IMG/VR virus record: IMGVR_UViG_3300042541_000169
Coordinates: 1-62,238 of that record
Direction: 5' to 3' (one strand)
Length of the DNA stretch: 62,238 nucleotides
DNA from: a virus
Taxonomy: Duplodnaviria; Caudoviricetes
The position numbers were made by a program, and so were the translations under genes. The stretch's first letter is position 1. Each line of letters opens with the position of its first letter. This document shows, piece by piece, positions 27,669 through 36,549 of this stretch. The notes under the pieces are model-generated. The model saw nothing but the letters and a program-made list of their open reading frames with translations, made no database searches and was not told the origin of the DNA.

Positions 27669-27872
27669 TTAGATTTTCTTTTTGATGTTGCCATGCTCAT
27701 CAATCTCAATGTATCCGTCTTCTGTCTCAACTGATATGTCGGGCACACAAGTGCAGAGATCGCTCTTCAACATGCCACACCCACCATCATGTTGCACGTT
27801 CGGCATAACCATACCACCTGTGATGTGCCCATCACTCAGGGCTTTTAAAATTCGTTGCATATAGTCCATCAT
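27669..27872 (-). CDS. Small His/Cys (possibly metal-binding) protein
   Basis: HDGGC...CTCVPD; SD GGAGAGAG. Confidence 0.65.
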   Translation of the reverse strand: MMDYMQRILKALSDGHITGGMVMPNVQHDGGCGMLKSDLCTCVPDISVETEDGYIEIDEHGNIKKKI

Positions 27873-27880
27873 CTCTCTCC

Positions 27881-28096
27881 TTAAAAGTTCAATCCAAAAA
27901 ATCCTTTAACATACGCCTCAAAGTCAGCGCGGTGAAACACGCCCATCTCTCCTGTTGGTATGAACGTAATACCAAAAGAGTCTTCATCGTTTAGGTTCCA
28001 CAGTGCGTAGTTCCCAATAACAATCGCGCCTTTGTTCTCCATGTTTTGCTTAACCTCATCTGTTATGTCACCGGCTCTCTTTCTCCATAGGCTCAC
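27881..28096 (-). CDS. Hypothetical protein
   Basis: GTGA overlap with upstream gene, GGAGG upstream. Confidence 0.6.
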   Translation of the reverse strand: MSLWRKRAGDITDEVKQNMENKGAIVIGNYALWNLNDEDSFGITFIPTGEMGVFHRADFEAYVKGFFGLNF

Positions 28097-28680
28097 CGCA
28101 TACCTCCAAAGATTTGATTAAGCTGTTGATAGATAAACTTGGCCTCCTCTAGCTTCATAGAGTACGCACCTTGTGTAGTAGATATTGTGATGTGTACGGT
28201 TGTCGGGCCGACATCCAGTGGTCGCGTAGCAGTAGGTTTTGTGGGGATCAATGCGTTGATACCGTTTGATGTTGGCTTGGGTTTCTTAACCTTGTCCACC
28301 GGTTTAGCAACAACAGAATTATCACGGCCTTGTAGTTCTTTACGCTCTGCATCTGTTAACCGTGTATAGGCAAACGTTGTGCGGCCACCATACTTAGTAG
28401 ATGTATCCACCTGAGTTCGGGACACATAGTGCGCGTCGTACAAACCTTTGAGCAGTGCGGGTACATAAGATATGGGGGTAGACGGACTACGCTGCATAAT
28501 AAATACACGTAAATCTTTACCCGTAATTCCGGGGTTCTTCTCAATCATATCTAACAACATAGGGGATAGATTTTTATACTTAACGATAGGTTCCATGGCA
28601 CTTTCCTTTGGTTGGGGTTCGGGTTGCTTCCACTCTTCAAACGCTTTTGCTATCTTCTCTTGCATGACTGTGTTCATCAT
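28093..28680 (-). CDS. Hypothetical protein, winged-helix-like middle
   Basis: IEKNPGITGKDLR...ALLKGLYDAHYVSR; ATGA coupling. Confidence 0.65.
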   Translation of the reverse strand: MMNTVMQEKIAKAFEEWKQPEPQPKESAMEPIVKYKNLSPMLLDMIEKNPGITGKDLRVFIMQRSPSTPISYVPALLKGLYDAHYVSRTQVDTSTKYGGRTTFAYTRLTDAERKELQGRDNSVVAKPVDKVKKPKPTSNGINALIPTKPTATRPLDVGPTTVHITISTTQGAYSMKLEEAKFIYQQLNQIFGGMR

Positions 28681-28979
28681 CTTTCTCCCATATCTATCTC
28701 AATCATTAACTTATCAACATCCGGTATGTTGTCCTCATTAACCACCATAGCCAGCCCACCTTGTGCAATGATTTGCGCTATGTTCTTTTCCTGTAGTGCA
28801 GTTGTCTTACCCTTCCCCGCCTTACATTCAATCGCAAAGAACTTACCCCTATAACACCCAACTATATCGGGCACACCTGATGAACCGTACCCACCAGTAG
28901 ATGGATAAAAGTAATACGCTCCAAAACTTTTTAGTACCTTTACTACTTCGTTCTTTACTTTCTTTTCTGGAGTCATCAT
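28677..28979 (-). CDS. VRR-NUC / Holliday-junction-resolvase-like nuclease
   Basis: TPEKKV...GVPDIV...FAIECKAGKGKTTALQ. Confidence 0.88.
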   Translation of the reverse strand: MMTPEKKVKNEVVKVLKSFGAYYFYPSTGGYGSSGVPDIVGCYRGKFFAIECKAGKGKTTALQEKNIAQIIAQGGLAMVVNEDNIPDVDKLMIEIDMGER

Positions 28980-29167
28980 CTTTCAATTTCCTCCCACATT
29001 TCATTTCGTTCTTCAATGTTCCTTTCATCTACCATTGCAAACGCAAGCTCCCACGATGCGTCTATCACTTGGCTCAAAGGTTTCCCTCTGATGATCAACG
29101 CCATCATTGCCATACCTGCATACAAATCTAATAGATCATTCGTATGTTTCTTTTCTTCATTCGTCAT
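28976..29167 (-). CDS. Small hypothetical protein (distantly similar to 29804-30016)
   Basis: LLDLYAGMAM...ASWELAFAMVDER. Confidence 0.65.
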   Translation of the reverse strand: MTNEEKKHTNDLLDLYAGMAMMALIIRGKPLSQVIDASWELAFAMVDERNIEERNEMWEEIER

Positions 29168-29273
29168 CTATCTTCCCTATATAGTAAGCAGCCACACCTA
29201 TCACAAATAAAATCAAACCAACCGACGTAAGGACAGAAGATACCCACAGAGCAATCAATAATGGTGTGGTCAT
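29157..29273 (-). CDS. 38-aa single-TM peptide (not in ORF track)
   Basis: MTTPLLIALWVSSVLTSVGLILFVIGVAAYYIGKIDDE*; ATGA coupling. Confidence 0.55.
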   Translation of the reverse strand: MTTPLLIALWVSSVLTSVGLILFVIGVAAYYIGKIDDE

Positions 29274-29608
29274 AATTGTCTTGCCTCATGTAACACATTA
29301 GTTAACGCCATCATTTTTTTCTTGTTGCGGTATCGTTCAGTGCGTTCAGCATCAGTCATTCTTGCCCGTGGTTTGTCCTTGCCTTTACCAAACTTGTATA
29401 CCTGCGTACAGTCACGCCCCTTCACATCCTTTTCCCATGCACATACATGCACTAGCTTGTACCTGTTAAAGCATCGCATCAAACGCTGCGCTGTTACTAG
29501 GTGTATGCCGGTCTCCTCAACCAAATCATGTGTGGTGCATGGTTCGGCAGTAAGCATCACGAAGATACGTGCGTACATGTTCTGGTTTAGCTTTCTCTGT
29601 TCAGCCAC
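29270..29608 (-). CDS. HTH/winged-helix protein
   Basis: TTHDLVEETGIHLVTAQRLMRCF; basic tail MTDAERTERYR. Confidence 0.65.
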   Translation of the reverse strand: MAEQRKLNQNMYARIFVMLTAEPCTTHDLVEETGIHLVTAQRLMRCFNRYKLVHVCAWEKDVKGRDCTQVYKFGKGKDKPRARMTDAERTERYRNKKKMMALTNVLHEARQL

Positions 29609-29807
29609 CGTTCTTCTCCTTTAGCTTGGCTTCTGCTTTTTTAATGTTGACTAAATCAGGTCTGCCGCAGTCCAACATGTCTTTTATCTCTTCATCCGTC
29701 AGCCCCTGCCATTCTTTTGCAAACAACTTATCTCTTAACTCATCTCTCTGCGCTTTAATGCAAAGTGGTTTATCGCAGTAGTACCCGCAGCTATGTATGT
29801 CAGTCAT
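29601..29807 (-). CDS. Hypothetical protein
   Basis: HSCGYYCDKPLC, WQGLTDEEI, AEAKLKEKN; coupled to neighbours. Confidence 0.7.
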   Translation of the reverse strand: MTDIHSCGYYCDKPLCIKAQRDELRDKLFAKEWQGLTDEEIKDMLDCGRPDLVNIKKAEAKLKEKNGG

Positions 29808-30016
29808 TCCTGCCCCTCTTTCTTCTCCTTCTTCTCCCGCGCTCTCATCATTGCGTCTGCTAAATAATAGGCTGTCTCTGCTACATACTCTGCGGGGTCT
29901 TTATTTTGTTTTTTAGCGAGTTTTTCAAATTTTTCAGACCCCGACGCCCAAAGAAGTTGTACTGCTTTCGCAGCAAGGTAATCGCGCAAGTCCATGTTAA
30001 TGTCTTCTCGTATCAT
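29804..30016 (-). CDS. Small hypothetical protein
   Basis: LRDYLAAKA...AYYLADAMMRARE. Confidence 0.7.
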   Translation of the reverse strand: MIREDINMDLRDYLAAKAVQLLWASGSEKFEKLAKKQNKDPAEYVAETAYYLADAMMRAREKKEKKEGQE

Positions 30017-30261
30017 CGTGCCATCTCCTCGATCTTCTCAACCGGCATCTTGGTCTGTTTGTGTATCTCAAGTATCAGCTTGGGTGTCATACGCACAGCG
30101 CCATTACGTACCCTGCTTATCATCGGTGTACGCGCACTAAGAATGTTGGCTAACTCTGCATCGGTCTTCAAGTTATACATCTCTCGGATGTAGTCGAATA
30201 GTTTGTGTGGTTTTTGTACTACCCATCGTCCTTTGTCATCTTTCATTTCTTCCCTCCACAC
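30013..30261 (-). CDS. XRE/CI-like HTH protein
   Basis: LKTDAELANILSARTPMISRVRNG; start may be 30246. Confidence 0.75.
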   Translation of the reverse strand: MWREEMKDDKGRWVVQKPHKLFDYIREMYNLKTDAELANILSARTPMISRVRNGAVRMTPKLILEIHKQTKMPVEKIEEMAR

Positions 30262-30452
30262 ATATGCTTCTTCGCGGCCTTCAGATCAGCGTTAAAGAAC
30301 CACGCTACACATTGTTTCTCCAAGTTAGCTTCAGGCGCGGGTGCAATGATCGCGGCAGCGGTAAGCCCTGCGGTTGTGCCTTCCATCTTACCCACCGTAA
30401 ACGACAATGCCGCGCAGAAAAATATACCTACGATATAAACCATATCTTTCAT
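30243..30452 (-). CDS. Small membrane/exported protein
   Basis: Hydrophobic N-terminus; QCVAWFF...KHMCG. Confidence 0.65.
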   Translation of the reverse strand: MKDMVYIVGIFFCAALSFTVGKMEGTTAGLTAAAIIAPAPEANLEKQCVAWFFNADLKAAKKHMCGGKK

Positions 30453-30460
30453 GTCATCTC

Positions 30461-30670
30461 CTATACCCGCAATAAAAGACCGAACACCTTGGATAAAAAA
30501 CTTTCACTCTGGCACCGAAGCCCAAGCAAAATGTCCTGTGCCAAACGTTCCTCTGGTGTGGTTTTCTTATCACGGTACTGCGGGTAATAAAACACACCGA
30601 TCTTAGGGGGTTCTTCCTTAACAAACTTACCGTCAACTAACATGTTCAATCCTTTCGTTAAATGTTTCAC
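30461..30670 (-). CDS. Hypothetical protein
   Basis: KEEPPKIG...TPEERLAQDILLG; in the operon run. Confidence 0.6.
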   Translation of the reverse strand: MKHLTKGLNMLVDGKFVKEEPPKIGVFYYPQYRDKKTTPEERLAQDILLGLRCQSESFLSKVFGLLLRV

Positions 30671-31007
30671 CTTCTCTGTTTAATATGTAATACAACCGGT
30701 CGGATACTTTGAAACCTAGCTCAGGTACTAGATTGTTCTCCTCTGTGATACGTAACATGGATATTGATTGCATGATCCACGGCTCCACATCTTCTTGTGG
30801 GATGTTGTCACGCTTCCTGCCACTCTTACTCGGTAATGTGAAGTCAAGTAGATTAACAGTGCCGTTATCATTAACTTCCACGCGCATAATGTCCTCCGTA
30901 TTAATAACTCCCTCCTTCATCATGCGCGTCCATTCACGGATGTTTTCATACGCGGCTAACTTAACTGCCATATCGTTCAACACTGTTTGGGTGTATTCCT
31001 CGTTCAT
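30633..31007 (-). CDS. Hypothetical protein sharing a C-terminal domain with 31004-31903
   Basis: PWIMQSISMLRI...VPELGFKVSDRLYYI vs PELIRNKLAVLQI...IADVGVRVSAITYWV. Confidence 0.65.
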   Translation of the reverse strand: MNEEYTQTVLNDMAVKLAAYENIREWTRMMKEGVINTEDIMRVEVNDNGTVNLLDFTLPSKSGRKRDNIPQEDVEPWIMQSISMLRITEENNLVPELGFKVSDRLYYILNREGETFNERIEHVS

Positions 31008-31903
31008 GCGAATACCCAGTAAGTAATAGCCGACACGCGTACACCGACATCCGCAATAGCGTCCCCGTTACCTGCAATCTGCAACACGGCTAACTTATTG
31101 CGAATCAACTCAGGCACAGCATCCATGCTAGTGCACTCAGTAGCTTCTTTATCTTCAGTGAACTTGTACAGCAAGCTGTTAGGCTTGACCCATACAAAGC
31201 ATGCACGAGGCTTGTAGTCCTGCATACGTTTTAATTCTGCCCCTTCCCGCGCCCATGTGTCAAGCGCATTTTTAAATGCCGGTGTACTTGGTACATACCC
31301 GCATGCAATCATGTGAGAAACTTCTTGTGCTATGGCGGTACGGTCAATCCCCATCTTCTGATGTATCTTATCCCGTGCGGGTTCACGTAACTGATAGATA
31401 CCCGTATTTAGATTACCGTTGCACTTGTCGTTAATATCATTAAAGTCGAGCGGTGTCAGAAACTTCATAGCAAGTTTCACTGCCTTGGTCATGTCCTTGG
31501 ACTGACGGATGTGGTACCCATCACTGTATGATGAGAACTTATCATTCTGAATGTCATCTGACTTAACGCAGTACACAATCTCTGAGTCCACAGTATCAAT
31601 ACGTATCTCACCCGATCTGAAGTCGGTCGTATCGGGGAACGTAATACCTAGTGAGTGGTACACGTTTATGCCTACCAACTCATCGTCTGGTTGCTTGATA
31701 AAAAAGGTCTGAGTCCTATCATCAACGCACGGCACAATGTTATAGCGTTTGTTCTTGAATGCTTTGTAAAAGTTTAGCAACGACTCGATTACGGGTATGT
31801 CCCCGATCCAATGCTTGTGGCCTTTCTCACGTGCGTTGGTTGCGACGGACTGAAAAGTGGAAAAGGGCATTTGGCCTACGTAATTGTCTTTAGTTGTTTG
31901 CAT
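31004..31903 (-). CDS. Hypothetical early protein
   Basis: 299-aa ORF in the early operon. Confidence 0.75.
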   Translation of the reverse strand: MQTTKDNYVGQMPFSTFQSVATNAREKGHKHWIGDIPVIESLLNFYKAFKNKRYNIVPCVDDRTQTFFIKQPDDELVGINVYHSLGITFPDTTDFRSGEIRIDTVDSEIVYCVKSDDIQNDKFSSYSDGYHIRQSKDMTKAVKLAMKFLTPLDFNDINDKCNGNLNTGIYQLREPARDKIHQKMGIDRTAIAQEVSHMIACGYVPSTPAFKNALDTWAREGAELKRMQDYKPRACFVWVKPNSLLYKFTEDKEATECTSMDAVPELIRNKLAVLQIAGNGDAIADVGVRVSAITYWVFA

Positions 31904-31964
31904 GATTTACTTTCAAAAGTTTAAGGAGAGGGAGGGAACAGGTCTCTATGTAGAGACCCCCACA

Positions 31965-33143
31965 TCAGTCGAGGTAGATGGCCGTGCCCATTGGCGGCAC
32001 AACCTTGTTACCACCTACGATGACCCACAGCACAGGGGCAGTCCATGTACCCCAATCACCATTGAGGTAACCGTCAGTCATGATGATGATGCACTCGGGC
32101 TTGATCTGATTGTCCTTGAGATACTTGGACACGCACGTCACATCAGTGCCACCACCACCCTTGGGTTTAGTGGATGACGTTAGCTTATCAAGTTGTTCCT
32201 GTGTGTACATCTCATGTGCTGCCACCTCGGTGTCCCAGTACAGCAGGTCTACCTTCTCAGGCTTGGTGTTGACACAGATACCCTGTACCTCGGACAAGAA
32301 CTTAGACACGTATGGTTCTGTAGACCCTGACATATCGGGAGCGACCACGATGCGGCCAACATTCTCAGTGATAGTCGAGGGCATGTACATATCATGCTGC
32401 AACCATCTACGGTTAACACGTTGCCACGTGGAGATGTCCTTGCCTACAGCAGTGGATGAAACGAACTCACGTAACTGTTCACGCCAGTTGACCTTTGGCT
32501 CAAGGAGCGAACCCAGTGCACGTGACTGATTGCCACCTAACTTACCCGCCATGAGTTGACCCTGACGGATAGCTTGGTTGATCTCCTTGCCAACCTGCTC
32601 GATCTCTTCCTGAGACATGCCCTTGCCGGACTCCCAATCATGATCGTCAAAGCCATCTTCACCATTCCCCGGGGAATGCCCGTCATTCTCTTCCCGCAAG
32701 ATGTTGTACACAGTCTGCGAGTCCATGTTGCGGAACCGCTCGTCTAGCAACCCACCCTTGGGCAGTGTGACGAACCCACCACTACGGCGCGAGATGTCGG
32801 CAATGATCAGGTTGATCACGTAGTCGCATGCCATGTTAGCAGTGCGGCCATCCTCGTTGTACAAGTGTTGCCACAGGAACATATGCTGAAACGTCTTGTG
32901 CAGATTCTCGTGCATGATGAGACCACGCAAGTCAGAGTCAGCCATGTCCTTGATGAACTTGGTGCCGTACTTACAGTCGATGCCGTTAGTGCATGCAGTG
33001 GGTACATCGTCACGCACTTCGTACTTACCGACCATGATGACAGACGCATACTCCATAGTCTCAGAGTGACCCATAAGCTCCACGTGTGAGCGTTGGATGC
33101 GTTGTGTTGGTGTCAATACGTTGAGTTGTGTTAAGAATGACAT
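31965..33143 (-). CDS. Metallopeptidase-like + vWA domain protein
   Basis: TACTNG, MHENLH (HExxH), NMACDYVIN; MIDAS DMSGS / GGGGT / MTDG; SD GGAGAGAG before ATG 33143. Confidence 0.88.
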   Translation of the reverse strand: MSFLTQLNVLTPTQRIQRSHVELMGHSETMEYASVIMVGKYEVRDDVPTACTNGIDCKYGTKFIKDMADSDLRGLIMHENLHKTFQHMFLWQHLYNEDGRTANMACDYVINLIIADISRRSGGFVTLPKGGLLDERFRNMDSQTVYNILREENDGHSPGNGEDGFDDHDWESGKGMSQEEIEQVGKEINQAIRQGQLMAGKLGGNQSRALGSLLEPKVNWREQLREFVSSTAVGKDISTWQRVNRRWLQHDMYMPSTITENVGRIVVAPDMSGSTEPYVSKFLSEVQGICVNTKPEKVDLLYWDTEVAAHEMYTQEQLDKLTSSTKPKGGGGTDVTCVSKYLKDNQIKPECIIIMTDGYLNGDWGTWTAPVLWVIVGGNKVVPPMGTAIYLD

Positions 33144-33158
33144 AGCTCTCTCCAATGG

Positions 33159-33173
33159 TTCATATGATATGAA
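33159..33173. promoter_or_regulatory. Dyad copy 1, TTCATAT-G-ATATGAA
   Basis: Perfect inverted repeat just upstream of the vWA gene SD. Confidence 0.75.
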
Positions 33174-33174
33174 G

Positions 33175-34266
33175 TTACTTCTTAGCGAACAGGAAGTTGT
33201 TAGCCGCCGCCCACAGTGCGAACTCGGTATTACGTGCAGCCACGTCACGCTTAGGGCACTTGTCTGACATGACACTACGAGCGAACAGACCTTGCGCTTC
33301 CTTGGGGATGCGGTTCAAGAACTTCATCCATGCAACGATGTTGCTGTTGTCGATGCGGTGCACGGCCTTGGATACCAACATACATGATGCCGCCGCTGAT
33401 GTTGGGACAATCGCAGTCTCGGGAGACTTGATCAAGTCGTCCCATGGTGTGAGTTGGTTGTCCATCTTATCCATCGTCAAGATGTTGTGCATTGCCTTTT
33501 CACCGACAGTGCCTGCCAGTGCGTGACACATAACGTCATCACCCAAGATGCGGGTACGCTCATATACATACGCCGCACGTTCCATCGAACGATGTGTCAC
33601 CACAGCACCACGCACAGTACGCGGGTCATTGATGTATGTATTCTGCTCGGGCTTCTCGTAGTCCTCGAAGGACGCGAACATCTCAGGGTACTCAGCCACG
33701 GTGCCGATGATCACAGGGTTGATGCCCTTGGGTATCGCATAGTCCTCGATCCATGTGGCCGCATTAGTCTTACAGACCTTCACACGAGTCAACCTATTGA
33801 GAGCATGTGGCGGCACGTTGTCACCCAGTCCCTCGACCGACAAGTTAGTTGTACCGAACACGGCACTACCCTCGGTCAACTCATACACACCCAGTGCCCG
33901 TTCATTCATCAGACGCAAGCATGCGTTCATCACACCACCTCGTCCTTTACCCACCTCGTCCAACATCATCACAACCTTGCGGCCTTTGAAGTGAAACCCG
34001 AACTCTTCGTTGGGTATGAACGAGCACACCTCGTTGCCGTCGATGTCCTTGATCTTGGGCACAACAAAGTCACCAACATCTTTTGTGGTGATGTCCACGT
34101 AGCAGAAGAACGCATCCTTGAACTGCGGGTAGGCAATAGAGTCCTTGAGCATCTTGAGAATCGCAGACTTGCCGATGCCCATCTCGCCCTGCACTAGGAC
34201 GGTTTGCTTGTCGCCCACGGCAGCGATCAGGTCAGCACATTGCTTGAGAGTGATTGAGTTGTACAT
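33175..34266 (-). CDS. MoxR-like AAA+ ATPase
   Basis: GEMGIGKS Walker A, MMLDE Walker B, GTTN, ALNR; adjacent to a vWA gene. Confidence 0.88.
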   Translation of the reverse strand: MYNSITLKQCADLIAAVGDKQTVLVQGEMGIGKSAILKMLKDSIAYPQFKDAFFCYVDITTKDVGDFVVPKIKDIDGNEVCSFIPNEEFGFHFKGRKVVMMLDEVGKGRGGVMNACLRLMNERALGVYELTEGSAVFGTTNLSVEGLGDNVPPHALNRLTRVKVCKTNAATWIEDYAIPKGINPVIIGTVAEYPEMFASFEDYEKPEQNTYINDPRTVRGAVVTHRSMERAAYVYERTRILGDDVMCHALAGTVGEKAMHNILTMDKMDNQLTPWDDLIKSPETAIVPTSAAASCMLVSKAVHRIDNSNIVAWMKFLNRIPKEAQGLFARSVMSDKCPKRDVAARNTEFALWAAANNFLFAKK

Positions 34267-34315
34267 GATGTTTCCTTTCGGTTAGCTTCATATCATATGA
34301 AGCGGGTTGTGGTTA
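34264..34315. repeat. 52-bp direct repeat copy A (start codon + SD + dyad copy 2 at 34285-34303)
   Basis: One mismatch versus 35200-35251. Confidence 0.9.
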
Positions 34316-34317
34316 GG

Positions 34318-35202
34318 TTAGTTGAACTTATTAAGTATAGCATCTACTTTACGCTTTGTCTGCTCACGCAGTGAGTCGCTGTCACGTAGTGCGTCAGCGT
34401 CCACGCCACGCATCGTGTCCTCTAGCTGCTTGCGCATCTCATCCATACGCACATCGCCAGTGATGTTGAACGACTTGAGCAACCCGCATATCTCGATGGC
34501 GTTCTCGACAAGAGAGTCACGGAATATCTTGCGCTTGCCGTCGTCACTATCCTCAAGACGTTCTGACATGCGGGTCAGGCAGTCGTGCAGCCGCTCCCAT
34601 GCTTCAGTCATCGCACCCTCGACACGTGCCTTGAGCACACCCTCGTACTGAGACTGCAACTCACGCAGCCCGTCCTCGCCGATGTCAACGCGGAAGTCGC
34701 CCGACTGAGGCAGTGGGGTCATGCTATAGCGCATCGCAAACTTAGACTCGATGGCCTCCCGCATCGGGTAGTCCTCACGGTTGAACAAGTCGCCCAGTTG
34801 GAACGCAGCGGCAGCGACCAGTGTGTCGTAGTCATTGAGGAAGCTGTTTACAGACAGACCAAACTGCTGCTCGTAGTCGGTCAGCCGATCCTTGAACTCA
34901 AGGAAGTAGGCCATATTCAGGATGCGGTCGCCGTTGTCGCCCCATGGTTGCGTCACACCATACAGCCACGAACGGATAGCGTTCGCCACCTTAGTGATCT
35001 CGGTCAGCTTGCCCGATCCTGCAAGCAGGTTCTTGTGGTAGTTACCGGCACGGGTCTTGGTGCTGTTCTGCTGATCTACTTCCTCAGACACACGCTTGTC
35101 GAGCTTGCGTCCCGTCCACACGCTGAGAGATAGGTTGACGATCAGTGCAGAGCTTGAGAGCTTGGACACGCTGAAGTTGTCCATATCAATTGCGTAGGTC
35201 AT
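34318..35202 (-). CDS. Conserved early protein (DUF3150-like, tentative)
   Basis: WTGRKLDK, TQPWGDNGDRIL, FNREDYP; helical; precedes the AAA-vWA pair. Confidence 0.7.
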   Translation of the reverse strand: MTYAIDMDNFSVSKLSSSALIVNLSLSVWTGRKLDKRVSEEVDQQNSTKTRAGNYHKNLLAGSGKLTEITKVANAIRSWLYGVTQPWGDNGDRILNMAYFLEFKDRLTDYEQQFGLSVNSFLNDYDTLVAAAAFQLGDLFNREDYPMREAIESKFAMRYSMTPLPQSGDFRVDIGEDGLRELQSQYEGVLKARVEGAMTEAWERLHDCLTRMSERLEDSDDGKRKIFRDSLVENAIEICGLLKSFNITGDVRMDEMRKQLEDTMRGVDADALRDSDSLREQTKRKVDAILNKFN

Positions 35203-35251
35203 GATGTTTCCTTTCGGTGAGCTTCATATCATATGAAGCGGGTTGTGGTTA
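35200..35251. repeat. 52-bp direct repeat copy B (start codon + SD + dyad copy 3 at 35221-35239)
   Basis: One mismatch versus 34264-34315. Confidence 0.9.
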
Positions 35252-35275
35252 CTACTTAATATTTACTACAACTAC

Positions 35276-35304
35276 ATTATAACACGTTGACACGTAGGGG
35301 TCAA
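35276..35304 (-). promoter_or_regulatory. Strong sigma70 early promoter
   Basis: TTGACC-N17-TATAAT with extended TG. Confidence 0.8.
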
Positions 35305-35315
35305 GTTGTGGCTTC

Positions 35316-35414
35316 TTAATTGGGTCGCCATACCATAAGGTCGAGATACAACACTGAAAGTATAGCCACGTAAACCACACCTATAAAGATGTTGGTAAGT
35401 AAGTCTCTGTTCAT
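35316..35414 (-). CDS. 32-aa TM peptide (not in ORF track)
   Basis: MNRDLLTNIFIGVVYVAILSVLYLDLMVWRPN*; ATGA coupling, SD AAGGGG. Confidence 0.6.
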   Translation of the reverse strand: MNRDLLTNIFIGVVYVAILSVLYLDLMVWRPN

Positions 35415-35746
35415 TTGGTTTCCCCTTTGTAATTCATACCAACAAACGCCGACACGTACTCGTGCCCCTCGGTGCCGTACCGGAACCCAACATAACGATG
35501 CGTGCCGTCAAGCTGTTTGCCGCATGCGTAGAAAAAACCTTGCGGGTTTTCTGATCGGTAGATGAACGCATTACGCGCCCACATTGTCGCCATCGCATTT
35601 TCTGTATTCAGTGCGTCGAACATTTGTTGGTCGGACAGCACCACGCTGTCGGGGTACTCGCCCATTTGGGCTTCCAATAACGTTTTGTATTGCATCTTGA
35701 TTTCCTCGAACATGTCGGCGGTCAGGTTGTCTTCTGCTTGCTTCAT
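35411..35746 (-). CDS. Hypothetical early protein
   Basis: SD AAGGAC; YVGFRYG. Confidence 0.7.
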   Translation of the reverse strand: MKQAEDNLTADMFEEIKMQYKTLLEAQMGEYPDSVVLSDQQMFDALNTENAMATMWARNAFIYRSENPQGFFYACGKQLDGTHRYVGFRYGTEGHEYVSAFVGMNYKGETK

Positions 35747-35756
35747 GGTGTTGTCC

Positions 35757-35921
35757 TTATGCGTACCATTTGCCGATGTCGTGGTAAGCAGTTACCACAT
35801 CCTCGTACCCAAGACTCATTAATAGTTGGCACAGCACATCGTCTGCTTCTATGTGTGCGACTTCGGTATCACGGCTTTGCCGTATCAAATTCAACTCCAC
35901 AATCGCTTCTTCCTTAGTCAT
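35757..35921 (-). CDS. 54-aa early protein (not in ORF track)
   Basis: MTKEEAIVEL...DTEVAHIEADDVLCQLL...KWYA*; SD AAGGAG. Confidence 0.7.
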   Translation of the reverse strand: MTKEEAIVELNLIRQSRDTEVAHIEADDVLCQLLMSLGYEDVVTAYHDIGKWYA

Positions 35922-36079
35922 TTTGTGATCTCCTTTTCTTGAATGTGGTAATGCACATCGGCATCGGGTTGTTCCTGTGCCATTCGCAGGTCTGCTTCGG
36001 CTTTGACCTTATCGTCATAGATACCGGCAATGAATCTGCCCTTGGAATCTTCACCCCACACAATCCAAACTTGCTTCAT
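35918..36079 (-). CDS. 53-aa early protein (not in ORF track)
   Basis: MKQVWIVWGEDSKGRFIAGIYDDKVKAE...; SD AAGGAC. Confidence 0.65.
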   Translation of the reverse strand: MKQVWIVWGEDSKGRFIAGIYDDKVKAEADLRMAQEQPDADVHYHIQEKEITK

Positions 36080-36091
36080 GATGTTGTCCTT

Positions 36092-36430
36092 TTAGTTAAT
36101 AGGTGTGATGAGGCCGACCGCGCCGTCCGACGCAACCTTGATCATGTCCTCGACATGTAGCCGTGTCGTCCCAGTACACACATGCGGATGCGCTTGGCCG
36201 TGGTGCTTGCTAGTTGTCATGCCGTACTTACTGGCATTCTCAAACCACATCTCGGTCATCACATCGTAGACAAAGAGCGGCCAGTGCCGGTCGTATGAAT
36301 AGACCACATAACGGGCATTCGGTATGCCCATGCTTTCGACCCACTCAGCCCACAGATTGTTGGCCTTGAATTCTTTGCAGTCCTGCACGTACTGCCGTGC
36401 GTCGCGGTTGCTGATCTTTGCTTTACTCAT
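36092..36430 (-). CDS. Hypothetical early protein
   Basis: YVVYSYDRHWPLFVY...KYGMTTSKH; first gene after the promoter. Confidence 0.75.
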   Translation of the reverse strand: MSKAKISNRDARQYVQDCKEFKANNLWAEWVESMGIPNARYVVYSYDRHWPLFVYDVMTEMWFENASKYGMTTSKHHGQAHPHVCTGTTRLHVEDMIKVASDGAVGLITPIN

Positions 36431-36449
36431 GATGACGCCTTTCGGTTGT

Positions 36450-36468
36450 GCTTCATATCATATGAAGC
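36450..36468. promoter_or_regulatory. Dyad copy 4, GCTTCATAT-C-ATATGAAGC
   Basis: About 20 nt upstream of ATG 36430. Confidence 0.8.
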
Positions 36469-36520
36469 TGTTATTTACTCGGATTACTCTCTACAACATG
36501 TTTTCACGTGTTGAGCCTCT

Positions 36521-36549
36521 ACTTTAGCATAGGCAGCTTCATATGTCAA
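36521..36549 (-). promoter_or_regulatory. Sigma70 early promoter overlapping a dyad half-site
   Basis: TTGACA-N17-TAAAGT with extended TG; GCTTCATAT half-site at 36536-36544. Confidence 0.75.

Noticed and set aside
31941-31958. Hairpin GGTCTCTA-TG-TAGAGACC as a terminator
   Set aside because: No U-tract on the coding strand; function cannot be supported
33144-33275. Longer start for the vWA gene given in the ORF track
   Set aside because: Overlaps the ATPase and the dyad; a clear SD precedes ATG 33143
33454-35133. Long + strand ORFs (33454-34197, 34585-35133) and similar antisense ORFs elsewhere (e.g. 9641-10255, 4255-4797)
   Set aside because: Shadows of well-supported genes on the opposite strand; no SD or motifs
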